Counted from the first letter of the stretch, positions 28,660 through 42,871 are shown. The stretch is DNA of 64,000 nucleotides from Eledone cirrhosa (GCA_964016885.1 OZ024740.1:70246001-70310000); one strand, 5' to 3'. Notes: a model not told the origin generated them from the sequence alone. Made by a program: numbers and translations.

Positions 28660-29675
28660 TTAAATCTGAAGAACATATCGTTGTTACAATGGACATTTGG
28701 CACCAGATTTTCTGTCGACTAACATTTAGTCTGCAGCAAGTGCCAATTAGAATACATTATTTAATCGGAAATAATGCAATTATCAACCGAAAAAAAATCA
28801 TGAAATATATTCCTTTATTCGTTTACAGGTTCCCAGTCATTAGACTGCTGCATAGCTTGGGCATCGCGTCATTCATATCGACATTCAGTTCGTACTTCTT
28901 CAAGTTTGTTACTTAGTTTTTCGATCTCCTTTTGTTGAACTGCTACTTTACGGATAATAAACGCATATAGACACACACACAACAATAGAGATTAATCTCA
29001 GTAATAATAATTAAAAAATACTCATTTTCTTCATTGATATTGAACACCTTTATATATATATATAGGAGGTATGTGTGTGTGTGTGTGTGTGTGTATACAA
29101 AGAGAGGGGGACGGAGAAAGAGAGATAATTTCTGTCTACCAAATTCTACACACAAAGCATCTGGTCAGCCTGAAGATATAATACAAGGCACTTGCCTCAG
29201 GTGTTATGTAGAAGGACTGAACCCAGAATCGCGCCGTAGTGAAGCAAACACCTTGTCCACACAGCCATACATGCACTTATATAGCATTATGAGTAAAATA
29301 TATCAGAATAAAAAAATATCCACTCATCGACACACGAACACAGAAACCAAAACAAAACGAAATATCTGGAAAATGCAAAATAATTTTTCACATCCATCAT
29401 ATTGGTTTGGGTTTTGGACTGAACTGCGTGTTCTGGTCGTGAGCAAGATGATTCATTTCATGTTTTCGTGATAGAACTAGATTTTGAGACTCAGAATAAA
29501 CGATTTGACATGGCAGTGTTATTAAGTTGTTCGGGCTGAGTCTTACTGCACCCTTGAGCAAGTGCCAATCCCTATAGCCTTGGTTTGACTATTGACTTGT
29601 GAGTCAAATTTGATGTACAGAAACGTTAAGAAATCCTGTGGTATACATGCATACATATGCATATACATATAAATA

Positions 29676-30413
29676 TACCACATATATTCGTGAAAAAGTC
29701 GAATTGTTTTAGACTATTTTTAAGGTTAAATTTATGGAGTCGACTATTACATATAAAGTACTTTTGAGGGGCTTGAAATTCAAGCTAGAATCCTAAGTAC
29801 TATATCAGTAGCAGAAGCCCAAATGATCTCTAAACGAATAAAAACAAAGACAATGAATGGTTGTAATATTACAGATTCTATACATCAAATAACAAGGCCA
29901 CATAGTTCTTTTAAAGAGTTACACTTGTTCTTTTACTTATATCCATCAAACCTAACAAGCTACATTAGTTCAATCAATTTATATTTCATTATTACTGTAT
30001 ATTACCATGGGTATATTTACCGGTATGTCACTACCTACCTTAATTCTATTTACATGACCGATACCTGTTCGGCGTGTTTCGCCCCCATTTCTCCAGTCAC
30101 ATTATTTTCATATGGTATTTTTATAAGCACCAAGCATTTCGTTATAGGTACCAAGCATTCCAGCTATATGGCAAGCTACAGTAAGGTAGGCATACGTGTG
30201 GGTGAATTTTTAGCTTCTTGCCTTAAATTCATTACGATTTTGTAACAGTGTTATTTCTACGTACAGGATGATACATCGACCCGCAAATGTTGACGTGTTA
30301 TCTATAAAATACTATCTATAAAATACTTGGGTCGACTTTTATACGAGGTCCATGGAAAATTCCAGATTTTCTGGTCAAAAATAGGGGCCGACTATTACTC
30401 GAATATAGACATA
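29676..30413. mobile_element. Probable decayed pogo/Tigger-type MITE
   Basis: Left end TACCACATATATTCGTGAAAAAGTCGA, right end CCGACTATTACTCGAATATAGAC, repeated GTCGACT subterminal motifs. Confidence 0.45.
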
Positions 30414-30426
30414 GATATATATATAT

Positions 30427-30605
30427 ATTGGGAAATGTGTGAGATCCTTGATACAGTTAGATATATTTGAAAAAAAGGAAAAGAGTGGCTTCACTTGTAG
30501 TTCTAAATAATTTTATTTAATTTTATATTATAATATTATAAAATTAAATCAAATTATTTAGAACTACAAGTGAAGTCATTCTTTTCTTTTTTTTCAAATA
30601 TATTT
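30427..30605. repeat. AT-rich asymmetric palindrome between (TA)n tracts
   Basis: IR about 30461-30604; about 35-nt extension on the left. Confidence 0.75.
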
Positions 30606-32350
30606 ATATATATATATATTGTGAAAGGAATGAAGTGTAAATACATTTAACTATTTTGGTACTTTATTTATCAAGCTTGAAATGATGAAAACCAAATTTG
30701 ATCTCGGTAGGACTGGAACTCAAAATTCAGTAAGGCAGTTTTAATATTTAATCTGACGCCATATCAACTCATTTGTCAATGTATATAAACTATGTCTGGA
30801 TAAAAGACAGAATTATCATGGCTGAAACGCCTTTAATTACATGACTACTAAAAAAAGAAACGTTTATCTAAGGCTAAACATACAATAGAATTAAAAGTTT
30901 AACAACACTTGATACCTTAATGACAGGAAGACATGGATTTGAGACATTGATAACCTACATTCTGTCAGATAAACATATCTAAAATATTTCCTATGACAAA
31001 AAAAAAACAATGATATACTATAACAATATATTATACGGAACAAACGATATATACATATATATATATGTGTGTGTGTGGGGGTGTATATATATATGTGTGT
31101 GTGTGTATATATATATATACATACACACACACACATATACACACATATATATACATATATGTGTGTGTATGTGTGTCTGTGTATGTGTCTCTGTGTTTGT
31201 GTGTGTATACGTATATGTGGTGTATGTTGTGTTTATGTGTATAAATATGTGTATTCGAAAACAAATATTTCCTCTCTATAGCTGTGTGTGAATGAGTGTG
31301 CATGTGTCTATGTGTCTATATGTGTCTGACGCTGGGGATAGGGTACTCTTCGAGACAGTTCCCTCCCACCCCGATGTTCCCCACGATTATTTACATTACA
31401 TAACTATGTTTCGAGTTGCATGGTACCCAATCAACATCCGTTTGAAAAACAACGTCTTTATTTTGTCATTTGTTATGTGTATGTATGTATGTATGTATGT
31501 ATGTATGTATGTATGCATCTTGGTTAAGAGAGTGGGACTGGCTTTGTGCAGTGCCTTTGCTCACTATAAAAGCTTCACGGCACAGGCATTGCTTTATATC
31601 TGGAGATCTCTCTGCACTTGTCGTCACATGGTACCATGAGCCCAGCACTATGTGTCAATAATTGTCACAGGTGTAGTGTTTGTACCAGAGTTTTCAAGTC
31701 GCTGGCTGGACTAAAAAGTCACACTTGTTCAGCGCATCGGTAGGGGTTCTTCTACATGGATATAAAGTAGTGGCCGTACTCAAAAACGAGTTGGCAGCCA
31801 CCATGTATGTATGTATGTATGTATGTATGTATGTATGTATGCCTGTATGTAAGTACGTCTGTATATTTGTGTGTATGTATCACGTATGCTTGCATCTATG
31901 TATTATGTTTTTATGTATGTTTGTATCTATGTATGCATCTATATATGTCCGTATGTATTTATCTATTTGTCTATGTATGTGTGTATTTTCATAATGGGTT
32001 GCTTATAAGTGTAAATTTTTGTAGTTGTGTATATATGTGCATGTATGTGTGTGTTTGTCTGAGTGTATGTGAGCATGGGTGTGCGTCTCTCTCTCTATAT
32101 ATATCTCTCTTTATATATCTCTCTCTGTCTCTCTGTATGTGTGTGTGCATCTCTTACACATATTACATAGCTCATCTAATTAGTTTTGAACTAGTCTAGT
32201 TAAATTTAACGTTGTTGGTTGTAGGAGTTTTAATTTCATTTCATGTCAAACATTCATTGGCATGTAACAGTGTAACAGCGGTTATGGGAAGCAGTTTATT
32301 ACGAAATCAGTAAAATATAAAAATACATATATATATATATACATATATAC

Positions 32351-32417
<67 letters not shown>

Positions 32418-32467
32418 CATACAAACACACACACGCAAATATATATATATATATATAAATATGTGTC

Positions 32468-32506
<39 letters not shown>

Positions 32507-32723
32507 ATGTGTGTACGTACATACAGATGTACAAAGCATGTTTTAATACGAGACCTTTTGATTTAAAGTTTCTAATTCTAATTCAGTGTGTTGTTTGATG
32601 TAGCAACATTAAAACAGTATACAAAAAGAAGCTAGTGAAAATGAAAATGTTGATTAAAAACATTTTAACTAATGAGATGAAGCTCTTCGTACAAAAACCT
32701 CAACCATTTATTAAAGATGATTG

Positions 32724-32785
<62 letters not shown>

Positions 32786-33126
32786 ACACACACACACATA
32801 TATATATATCAAAATAGCCGTTTTGGAAGCCTCATCAATGCAGATGGGTAAATCTCCGGGTAACAGAATCAGGTGGTAATGAGAGAGATGTAGGAGAAAA
32901 TGTAGAAAGAGGCATAGAGAACATAAAAGAACAGGAAAAGTGTAAAAAATAATAGCACGTGATAGAGTTACCTTGGAAGTGATTTAATAGTCCCTATATT
33001 TCGGATTTCAGATCCATCAATTGGGGGTTTTCCGGGGGGGAAAATGTTGTGTCGGAGAAGGACCACAGTTGACCTCCGCTGTTAACCGTGTGCGTACATT
33101 ATATGGTGCGTACCGTACATGTGTAA

Positions 33127-33204
<78 letters not shown>

Positions 33205-33944
33205 GAATTAAATTAATTTAGGTTGAGTTGTTCATTTCGAGGATCTTGTGAATTATTTCTAGCTTCTCTTTTGACCTCTAGCTTTTATATCATCGTACCG
33301 CCTTATCTTATGCTGATTCACGTGGTTTTTATAATGTCGCTTTCATTGGTGAGGGGGTGGGGAAGTTAGCTGTTGTCTTGACACTATATACCAACATAAG
33401 ATGATTCATTTGAATATTCTTGAAAAAGCTTTAAATTATATATTTTAAGACTTGTTTACTGATGAGTTATGACTGTCTTAATTTACTAATTAACTATTTT
33501 TATTATGTTAATTGGTAGTTTTCCTTCCCCCTCATCAGCTCTCAAATCTGCAAAATGGTTTCGCACGATTTAACTGAGTATCATTTTAAAACACTGGATC
33601 ATGCAACGTGTGTGATAATGCAAAGTAAACATTTAGAAGGGTGAAAGAAGATAAGAAAATAAAATAACGGGATACTAGATCTCAAATTTTGGAGTCTATC
33701 CTAAATAGAAAACTAATCATAGATAAATGGATAATGGAGACGAAATGAGAATATATTTGAATTCATAGAAAAATGAGAAAACTCATCACTAGACCAGCTG
33801 TTAAAACAACCAAATGCGATCGATGACAGCGATGGGCTAAAATGTCTCAGAGACCAGAGGCCTGTGATCGGCAGAGACACAGTCCACAAGGAGGGTGACA
33901 CGCAGATGAATTACAGAAAACATTCCGAGAAGCACAAACACGCA

Positions 33945-34043
<99 letters not shown>

Positions 34044-34651
34044 ACTAGTCTGTCATTTATAATTCAACCGAAAAGAAATATAGTCAAAAAACCCCAAATG
34101 TAGCTTGGGTCGCTCTATGAACAGATGCTTAAATAAACTAAATTCAGAACAGTTTCTTTTCAAAACAAGAGAAGCGAGGACATTTGAAGTGAGTATAAGT
34201 ATCTTCTACTTTAAATTAATTTTGCTAAAAATCATTCCATACATACTTATAGAAATGACGCGTGTATTGTTGTGTATATATATATATATATATATATAGT
34301 AATACCAGAAAAAAAGCAGACAGTGTTACATTACACGAACAGGCACCTGCAAATTTACCTCGTGAACCACATTGCAGACGTACAATTTCGCGCAAAAGTT
34401 GCAGCTGTGTAAATTTTCTGCTGATACTACACACACACACACACACAGACACACAGGCATACAGCAATACATACAACCGCACAATACACCTCAACAACCA
34501 CACATACCTGTCAAACACACATACAAACATACACACGCGCGCGCACACAGGCACAAGTGCGTACACAGGAATAAGTGTGTGTAGGTGAGTCAGTGAAATA
34601 CTGGTGGTGGTACCAAGTCAAGCACTCTCTGCACAGGCAGAGTATATATAT

Positions 34652-34937
34652 ATTGAAAAGAAAGATAAATTTTAGTTTACATGTGTTAAAATTTTTATTG
34701 TGTATCGACCTCTTACGCGCGTTTCCTAGAGGATTCGCTCAGGGTCACCGATAGAGTTAATTGACCCGACTCCATTATCGATCTGCTCTTCAGACTGGTG
34801 ATGCGACAAAAACCAAACACTATATTTATTGTCGCATCGCCAGTCTGAAGAGCAAATCAATAATGGAGTCGTGTCCATAAATTCTATGGGTGACCCTGAG
34901 CCAATCCTCTGTGATAGGTCGATACACAATAAAAATC
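34652..34937. mobile_element. Asymmetric palindromic PLE-terminus insert
   Basis: IR about 34691-34936 with diverged arms; minus arm has GAAACGCGCGTA; tail 34652-34690; TA flanks. Confidence 0.7.
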
Positions 34938-34970
34938 TATATATATGTAAACTGTAATCGAAACTTCATC

Positions 34971-35021
<51 letters not shown>

Positions 35022-35099
35022 TACAACCCCTCCCACACATACACATATATAATAAGTCTAAAGTCTGTCTTAAGCCAGAAGGCTCATTTGGCCGATGCT

Positions 35100-35300
35100 T
35101 ATCCCGGTTTCATGGTGTGAAGCGACAGAGAGTACAAGACTCCCCCCTGGACAGGACGCCAGTCCATCGCAGAGTTAAACCCCCAGCTGATGCTGGTGCT
35201 CATTTTCACTTGAGTATTCTGGAGCAACGTGAAATGAAGTGTTTTGCTCAAGAACACAACACGCAACACAGGAATCGAACCCACGACATTATGATCGTAA
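35100..35300 (-). mobile_element. tRNA-derived SINE, second family
   Basis: Minus strand GGGTTCGATTCCTG..TTGAGCAAAACACTTCATTTCACGTTGCTCCAG..GCGATGGACTGGCGTCCTGTCCAGGGG. Confidence 0.75.
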
Positions 35301-35421
35301 ATCCAACAGTAATGTTATTACTCTAAGGTAAAATACCTTATTGAGTGCTTAGCTGCACATTCCGATTGCATTCGTTAGCATAGCTGCAGCCAGAGCTTCG
35401 ATTATGCTGAACTTCCATTTG

Positions 35422-35461
<40 letters not shown>

Positions 35462-35499
35462 CATATATATATATATATATATATGTACGTACGTATATA

Positions 35500-35578
<79 letters not shown>

Positions 35579-35584
<6 letters not shown>

Positions 35585-36262
35585 ACTAGAAATTGATTAA
35601 CATATAAATAAACATGAATAATCACAGGAGATAATTTTTACAAGTGTGTAACCACACATAGCTAGGTAGGTAACTAAATAAAGTTGACCAGAACTTCAAA
35701 AATAGATACCTTATAATATGATTAATCTTCCCTGTATATATTCCATTAAAGAAATATATTTCACCAATTAATCGAATGGTAAACCACGGAAGCGGATACT
35801 TGGATTTTCAACATAGGAAGAGGTTCCAGCGATCAGTGTTTACACTTCAGTGTTTACACTGTTTTGAACTTGAAGTGTAAACACTGATCGCAGGAACTTC
35901 TTCCTTGTTGAAAATCCAAGTATCCGCTTCCGTGGTTTACCATTCGATTAATTGGTGAAATATATTTCTTTAATTGAATATATACAGGGAAGATTAATAA
36001 TATTATAAGGTATCTATTTTTGAAGTTCTGGTCAACTTTATTTAGTTACCTACCTAGCTATGTGTGCTTACACACTTGTAAAAATTATCTCCTGTGATTA
36101 TTCATGTTTATTTATGTTAATCAATTTCTAGTTATTATAAAATGCTCGGACCTACTCGTTAGAATCTTAGAGCTTATTTTGCGGGTGATATGGCGCATGT
36201 CTTTCTGGCATGACACCCATAATTTTGATTTAGATTAAATTCATTTGATTTATCTTAATTTT

Positions 36263-36266
<4 letters not shown>
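35579..36266. repeat. 560-bp near-perfect palindrome with about 130-nt tail, flanked by (TA)n
   Basis: 35579-35851 is the reverse complement of about 35872-36138; small duplication at the centre; tail 36139-36266. Confidence 0.9.
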
Positions 36267-36350
<84 letters not shown>

Positions 36351-36783
36351 CTATTTTATTTATATATCTAAATTCTAAATATTTCTTTTCTTTTTTTTAA
36401 GACCTTTACTGTTGCAAATACAATCAGAATTTATTGAATTTCATTTTCTAATCACCATATTCATTATAATTATATTCCTAAAAAGCAACTGCAACAGTAT
36501 ACACGGTATTAAAAATACATCCGCGTCTTTATAAAACTGAAACTAGTCAATCGCAATTTTTTTACTCAGAACAAAAAATTACAAAATATCGGGCTGCTTT
36601 GTTTTAATGTATTTGTTTGTAGTATTTTGTATTTGTGTTTTTTTTTAACAATTATCGATTTCAGTGAAAATACATTCAGCTAAATATTTGCAGGGTGTCT
36701 TTCTTACAATGAAAACAACAATGGATTCTTAATTAAACAATACAAAACTACTAATAAAACAAGAAAATACTGTTTGATGTTCA

Positions 36784-36876
<93 letters not shown>

Positions 36877-36880
<4 letters not shown>

Positions 36881-37200
36881 CAACGATATTAATAAATGGA
36901 AAGTATATTTATAAAACCATATTTATTTCTTCTTTTTTTCCTCTTTCCTCTCACTATCCAAACGGAACTTGAACCGTTAAGGTCTGATTCCTGGGTATGT
37001 GACTATTTATAAAACAAATTTTGTATTTTATCTGATGAGGGCGTACCAAACTTTTGGTACCCTTGAAATAAATATAATAGAATAAATATTGTTTCCATTT
37101 ATTAATATCATTGATATTATAGTCCAGAAAACTTGTCGAGTGCTTCGAATCTGTTATAATTATATTTGTTGAATTACCAACAAATTAAATATCCCTTGCT
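36877..37200 (+). mobile_element. PLE terminus with short inverted 5' arm, hammerhead and tail
   Basis: 36878-36930 is the approximate reverse complement of 37065-37117; HHR at 37024-37084; TGTCGAGTGCT tail motif; (TA)n on both sides. Confidence 0.72.
37024..37084 (+). ncRNA. Type I hammerhead ribozyme
   Basis: TATTTTAT CTGATGA GGGCGTACCAAA C TTTTGGTACCCTT GAAA TA AA TA TA ATAGAATA. Confidence 0.75.
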
Positions 37201-37215
37201 TATATATATATATAT

Positions 37216-37279
<64 letters not shown>

Positions 37280-37282
37280 TTA

Positions 37283-38482
37283 TTTATTAAAATAACAGAT
37301 TAAAGTTTAAGCAAAGAATCGCTGCTTTCACCCTTAACGGGATCTTCTGAAACTAAAAAAGTCAATCTGTGAACGCAGAAGTAAATATTTCAAAAAACGT
37401 TGCAGCCGAAGTAAGACAGGAAGACGATATTTTGGTTCGTGGAAACGTTCCGCAAAGAACGGGAAAAAACGAAGATAATACGTCATTATTTGGTGCGGTG
37501 GAAACAATTACACACAAAGACAAAACCACGTTTATGGTATAAATGAAGTCGTAGACTAATGTTCTATTAGGTGGTTCATGGAGACATTCTCTGGCAATGA
37601 ACGGGAAAAAAACGAAGATAATACGTCATTATGTGTATCGGTGAGAACAATTACACGCAAAGACAAAACCACGTAAATGGTATAACTGAAGTCGTAGACT
37701 AAAATTCTATTTAGGAAACCGAATGATTCTCGGCTTCAGAGTTAAGAATAAAGTAAATAAAATACAGAGGTAATTGAAATTAAATATATACATACACGCA
37801 TCCATATACGTACGTACACAAGCATACGCGAAAACACACGCCATGGGTATGCAAATACAAGCACGTACACTAAAAAGAAACAAAAAAAAACAATGCACGC
37901 GCATACAGAACCCACGCAACGCCTGTACCCGCACACATACGAACGTATACACCAAATACACATAAATATATATATATAAATATATATATATATGTGTGTG
38001 TGCGTGAATACATAATATATATAAATATACACACATAAATACGTATATAACGCGCGCACACACATACCTACATGTAAATACATATATGTTCGCGGACGTA
38101 CGTCAATCAAAACACAGAGTACACATATACACACACCCTACATACGTACGAACCCGCATACTCACACAGACGCACCAAATAATGACGTATTATCTTCGTT
38201 TATTTTTTTTTCGTTCTTTGCCAGGGAACGTTTCACGAACCAAAGTATCGTCTTCCTGTCTTCCTCCGGTTGCAACGTTTTTTGAAATATTTACTTCTGC
38301 GTTCACAGATTGACTTTTGTAGTTTTAGAAGATCCCGTTAAGAGTGGAAGCAGCGATTCTTTGCTTAAACTTTAATGTTATTTTAATAAATATTTGCTCT
38401 ACGGTTCTTATATATCTGATATATATTTATCCTTATCGAGCCCTCTTTGGATTTTAGTCTTCACATTTATTATTATTACTAT
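37283..38482. mobile_element. Family A asymmetric inverted insert
   Basis: Minus arm starting at 37283 ends at the internal site; plus arm 38175-38482 ends at the tail. Confidence 0.8.
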
Positions 38483-38996
38483 ATATTAGAAAGTGTGGGG
38501 GGGGGGGGGGGGTTACAGAATGAAAAATAACCGAAGTGTCCTACACGAGTGAAAGTATAAAAAAAAACAAGATGAAATCGAAAATGCAAGTGGAATCTTA
38601 TTTTTATTTTAAATATATATATTTATTTTGTTCTTTTACCGGTTTCGCAGTTCTTCTGCTTTTCAAAAGTAAAGTTGACACATTTATTATTATTACTATA
38701 TATTAGAAAGTGTGGGGGGGGGGGGGTTACAGAATGAAAGATAACCGAGGTGTCCTAGACGAGTGAAAGTATGCAAAAAACAAGATGAAATCAAAAATGC
38801 AAGTGGAGTCTTATTTTTAAAAAAATATATATATTTATTTGTTTCTTTTACCGGTTTCGCAGTTCTTCTGCTTTTCAAAAGTAGAGTTGAGATCGAGGGT
38901 CTGTGGTTTTTCTCACGGTAAAGGAACCAAATAAATATATATATTTTTTTTTAAATAAGACTCCAGTTGCATTTTCGATTTCATCTTTTTTTCTTT
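38462..38996. repeat. About 217-bp tandem duplication followed by an inverted arm
   Basis: 38462-38678 matches 38679-38890; 38917-38996 is the reverse complement of about 38775-38853. Confidence 0.85.
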
Positions 38997-39017
38997 ATAT
39001 ATATATATATATATATA

Positions 39018-40233
39018 TTTCGTTTCTGAATTTGGTACGGGTGATGAGAAACGTGTCCCGCATGTGCAACCCCGAAGAACTAGAGAGACACATACAACAC
39101 TTCATCCACCGTATGCAGTTCTCTGGTTACAATCAGAAAGATAAAATCAGAGTGTATAGAGGAGCCAGAACCAAATGGGAAAAAAGGGTAAATAATGACA
39201 CAAATGGGACCTGCCCCTTGTATAGGAGCAAATTTTGGAATAGAATAGAAAGAACTAGGAATAAGGCTAATAGAATAAACTCATGGTATGATAGCAATAA
39301 ATACCAGAGTGTAATGTTCATCAATACAACCCCTAGAGGTGAATTAGCTTACAAATTTAGAAGGGCCCTAGATAAACATAAACTCAATATTAAGATAGTA
39401 GAAAGACCAGGTACCTCCGTAAAAACACTTATTAGCAAGACATACCCTTTTCAAAGACCTGCCTGTATAGATAAGAAATGTATAACCTGTAAATTAAGCC
39501 CCCATATTAACTGTAAAACTAGAAATGTAGTATATAGCATAAGATGTACTGAAGGACAATGTAGAGACAAAAATATAGTGTACATAGGTGAGGCAGCTCG
39601 TAGTGTAGGGGAACGGATAAATGAACACTGGCGAGACCTTCAAGATAGTAAAGAATCATCTGTACTCTGCCAACATGCTAAAATAGAACATAAGGGTAAA
39701 TTAGAGAACATAGAAATAAAAATAGCATCTACACACAGAAAAGACGCAATGTTTAGACAAATCACAGAGGCAATAAACATAAAAGAATTACAACCAAAAT
39801 TAAATAGAAAATATGAGTGGAACAGCAACAACACAACTTACAATTAAGGACAAAATGAAAACACACACGCACATAGAACAACCAACCGGTAACATATAAA
39901 TAAACAAATAAATAAACGAATATAAACACACACAGACACCCGGATGTGGCGCATGCGCAGACTGAGCACACAACACACACACAGAAACAAAATGGCGTAG
40001 GACAGAACAAAGGAGAGGTACAAAAACAAAGAAAAGAATCCCCAGTCAGTGAAGAGGTCACAGAATGTGTGACGAAAGAACTTTGACAATATATAAACAA
40101 CTATCTGGTTGTGGAACCAACCAACCAACCAGAAATTTATAAATTCCTAAATTTATAAATTTATTATAATAAATTGAAGTGAAAGCAACTGGTGCGTGTG
40201 TTTCTTATTGGCAACATGACCCTCCCAAAGTAT

Positions 40234-40238
<5 letters not shown>
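39018..40238 (+). mobile_element. 5'-truncated Penelope-like element with inverted tail cap
   Basis: GIY-YIG ORF, 3' UTR with HHR at 40045-40087 (core GTGAAGA, C3 substituted), (TA)n on both sides. Confidence 0.9.
39032..39847 (+). CDS. PLE C-terminal RT thumb/linker + Zn finger + GIY-YIG endonuclease (5'-truncated)
   Basis: SGYN, YRSKFW, C..CITC, NCKTRNVVYSIRC..YIGEAARSVGERINEH..ITEAINI..LNRK; the upstream part of the 38903 track ORF is spurious. Confidence 0.88.
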   Translation: MVRVMRNVSRMCNPEELERHIQHFIHRMQFSGYNQKDKIRVYRGARTKWEKRVNNDTNGTCPLYRSKFWNRIERTRNKANRINSWYDSNKYQSVMFINTTPRGELAYKFRRALDKHKLNIKIVERPGTSVKTLISKTYPFQRPACIDKKCITCKLSPHINCKTRNVVYSIRCTEGQCRDKNIVYIGEAARSVGERINEHWRDLQDSKESSVLCQHAKIEHKGKLENIEIKIASTHRKDAMFRQITEAINIKELQPKLNRKYEWNSNNTTYN

Positions 40239-40330
<92 letters not shown>

Positions 40331-40341
40331 TATATATGCAC

Positions 40342-40375
<34 letters not shown>

Positions 40376-40457
40376 TTATACGCACACACACGCGTATATA
40401 TATATATACCTATATATATACACACCTATATATATAGGTATATATATACCTATATAT

Positions 40458-40490
<33 letters not shown>

Positions 40491-40496
40491 TATATA

Positions 40497-40555
<59 letters not shown>

Positions 40556-40814
40556 CATTGTACCCTTCACTATCTCTCATTATAACCCTCACTACACCTC
40601 ATTGTACCTCTCAGTATATCTCATTGTAACGCTCTCTATATTTCATTGCAAGTGTTCCACTCCCTCACATCTTTCTAATATATATCACTGTTTCGCTCTC
40701 TATATTTCATCACAACCTCTTTTATATCTTACCATACCACTCTCTATAACTCATTGAACCCCTCTCTCTCTCTCTGTAGCACTTTTTTATCTCTCCGTGC
40801 TCGTTCTCTTTCTC

Positions 40815-40879
<65 letters not shown>

Positions 40880-41340
40880 AACATTTTACTCGCTCTCTAC
40901 ATCTTTTCTCTTACCCATCATTGCAACTCTCATCATATATCTTTCATTGTACCCTTTCTGACATCTGCATTCATATTTCTCCGTTACTCTCTCTCCCTTT
41001 CTCTCCCTCTCTAGCTATCTAACCCTCCCCCCTCTCTCCCTACCTCTCTTTCACTCACTCTCTCAAGAACAACGCAAGTGATATTAATTGTCTTGAAACA
41101 GAAAATGAAAGCTAGTCACAAACTGTTGTTCTCTGTTTTCTTTCACGACCTTATAGCAGTTGTATCAAGACCAGCAACGAACAAACCTCATTCCTTTCGT
41201 CGTCTCTTCCTCCATCCCTCACTAACTATGGAAGTATTTATAGAAATGTATAGAAATAATATCATCTATAAAAGCAAACTCCTGCGGTTCTTTTTCTCCT
41301 CTTCCTCCTTTTTCTTCTTCTCCCTCTCTCCTCCTCCTCC

Positions 41341-41387
<47 letters not shown>

Positions 41388-41405
41388 TCATCATTTTCAT
41401 CAGCC

Positions 41406-41461
<56 letters not shown>

Positions 41462-41463
<2 letters not shown>

Positions 41464-41585
41464 GGTAGATTGGCAGTATAAGTAGAGCGTCAGACACCAT
41501 GCTTTGCGGCATAGAGTTTTGGCCCTTTACGTTCTGAGTTCAAATCCTGCCAAGGTTAACTTTGCCTTTCATCCTTATTGGGATG
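41462..41585 (+). mobile_element. SINE 5' part following (ATT)n
   Basis: GATTGGCAG head..GAGTTCAAATCC..TTTGCCTTTCATCC. Confidence 0.75.
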
Positions 41586-41877
41586 AGTTCGTGTCTCACA
41601 GGTGAAGCCCTCCACTTTTTCCCTAACGCATTCAAAATTCATAACCGCTCAACTCAACGCTTCTAAAATTACTCTTCTTTATAGTGGTAAGAAAGTGTCA
41701 GGAGAACTGGACAGAAGGTCTTTAGAAAAGACCCCAACCCCACTCAAGCAAGTGTGTTGACCCTTAACTTCTTTCTATATATAAATGTGTATGTGTGTAT
41801 GTGTGTGCATATATATATGTACACACACACACACACACATATGTGACAAATATATATATATAATATATATATATAGT

Positions 41878-41990
41878 GAAGGCGTGTGGCTGAGAGGTTA
41901 GAGAATTGGATTCACAACCTTGAGGTTGTGAGTTCGATTCCTGGACCAGGTGATGCTTTATTTCACGTTGCTCCTTCTGTCTGGAGTTGT
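41878..41990 (+). mobile_element. tRNA-derived SINE, second family (partial)
   Basis: AGGCGTGTGGCTGAGAGGTTAGAG..GAGTTCGATTCCTGG..TTTCACGTTGCTCC. Confidence 0.7.
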
Positions 41991-42122
41991 GACCGATAGC
42001 AACTGGAAAGACCAACGGAAACATTGTTTCCTCGGTCCGATTTGACGAAAGTCGATCGATCCTTTTATATGTATATGTAAAAGAAATCAAAGAACGCTTA
42101 CATACTCAAACAGTTTTTATTT

Positions 42123-42167
42123 GCTGGCAATGTTTCATCCATACCGTTGGGCAGGCATCATCAGAGC
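42123..42167 (-). ncRNA. Degenerate hammerhead in PLE-like terminus (42075-42195)
   Basis: GCT CTGATGA ..GAAAC ATT GCC AGC AAATAAA; the cleavage triplet reads GCC. Confidence 0.55.
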
Positions 42168-42212
42168 TTAATAAACAAAAACACAGTGCTGAGTGTGTAT
42201 ATATATATATAT

Positions 42213-42573
42213 ATTTATTAAATGACAGATTAAAGTTTAAGCAAAGAATCGCCGATTTCACACTTAACGGAATCTCTGAACTAAAAAAAAATCAATCTGT
42301 GGACGCAGAAGTAAATATTTCGAAAACGTTGCAACCGATCGTCTTCCTGTCTTCCTTCGGTTGCAACGTTTTTCGAATATTTACTTCTGCGTCCACAGAT
42401 TGATTTTTTTTTAGTTTCAGAAGATCCCGTTAAGGGTGAAAGCAGCGATTCTTTGCTTAAACTTTATTCTGTTATTTTAATAAATATTTGCTCTAGGCTT
42501 CATATATATTTGATATATATTTATCCTTATCGAGCCCTCTTGGATTTTAGTCTTCAAATTTATTATTATTACT
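42213..42573. mobile_element. Family A asymmetric palindrome
   Basis: Minus arm 42213-42338 ends at the internal site; plus arm to 42573 ends at the tail; (TA)n flanks. Confidence 0.85.
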
Positions 42574-42594
42574 ATATATATATATATATATAAT

Positions 42595-42870
42595 AAATTA
42601 AATAAAAATTGGCATAAACATTACAATACAATACAATAGGAGGGAACATGATAATAGTACCACTGATGATGTTGCAGATGTACAACGAAAGAATGTTAGA
42701 CTATATATATATTTATATCTTTATTTTTAGGTCAGTCAATGATAAACATTGATTGCCAAATAATTAACTATGGAGATATAAAAGATACAGAAGCGAAAAC
42801 CAACAGTGAGTGTGTTCTGTTATTATTTCTGGCAATATTATTACAACAATATGAACCTCCCCAAGTATAA
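42595..42870 (+). mobile_element. PLE terminus (same family as 25660-25942) with hammerhead-like motif
   Basis: CTGATGA TGTTGCA GATG TACAAC GAAAG at 42663-42691; ends CCTCCCCAAGTATAA. Confidence 0.75.
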
Positions 42871-42871
42871 T

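Noticed and set aside
38903-39031. N-terminal part of the 314-aa ORF
   Set aside because: It reads through a neighbouring inverted arm, (TA)n and the inverted cap; it is not part of the PLE protein.
39032-39847. Selenocysteine-recoded PLE (as in some Naiad elements)
   Set aside because: There is no in-frame TGA in this ORF fragment.
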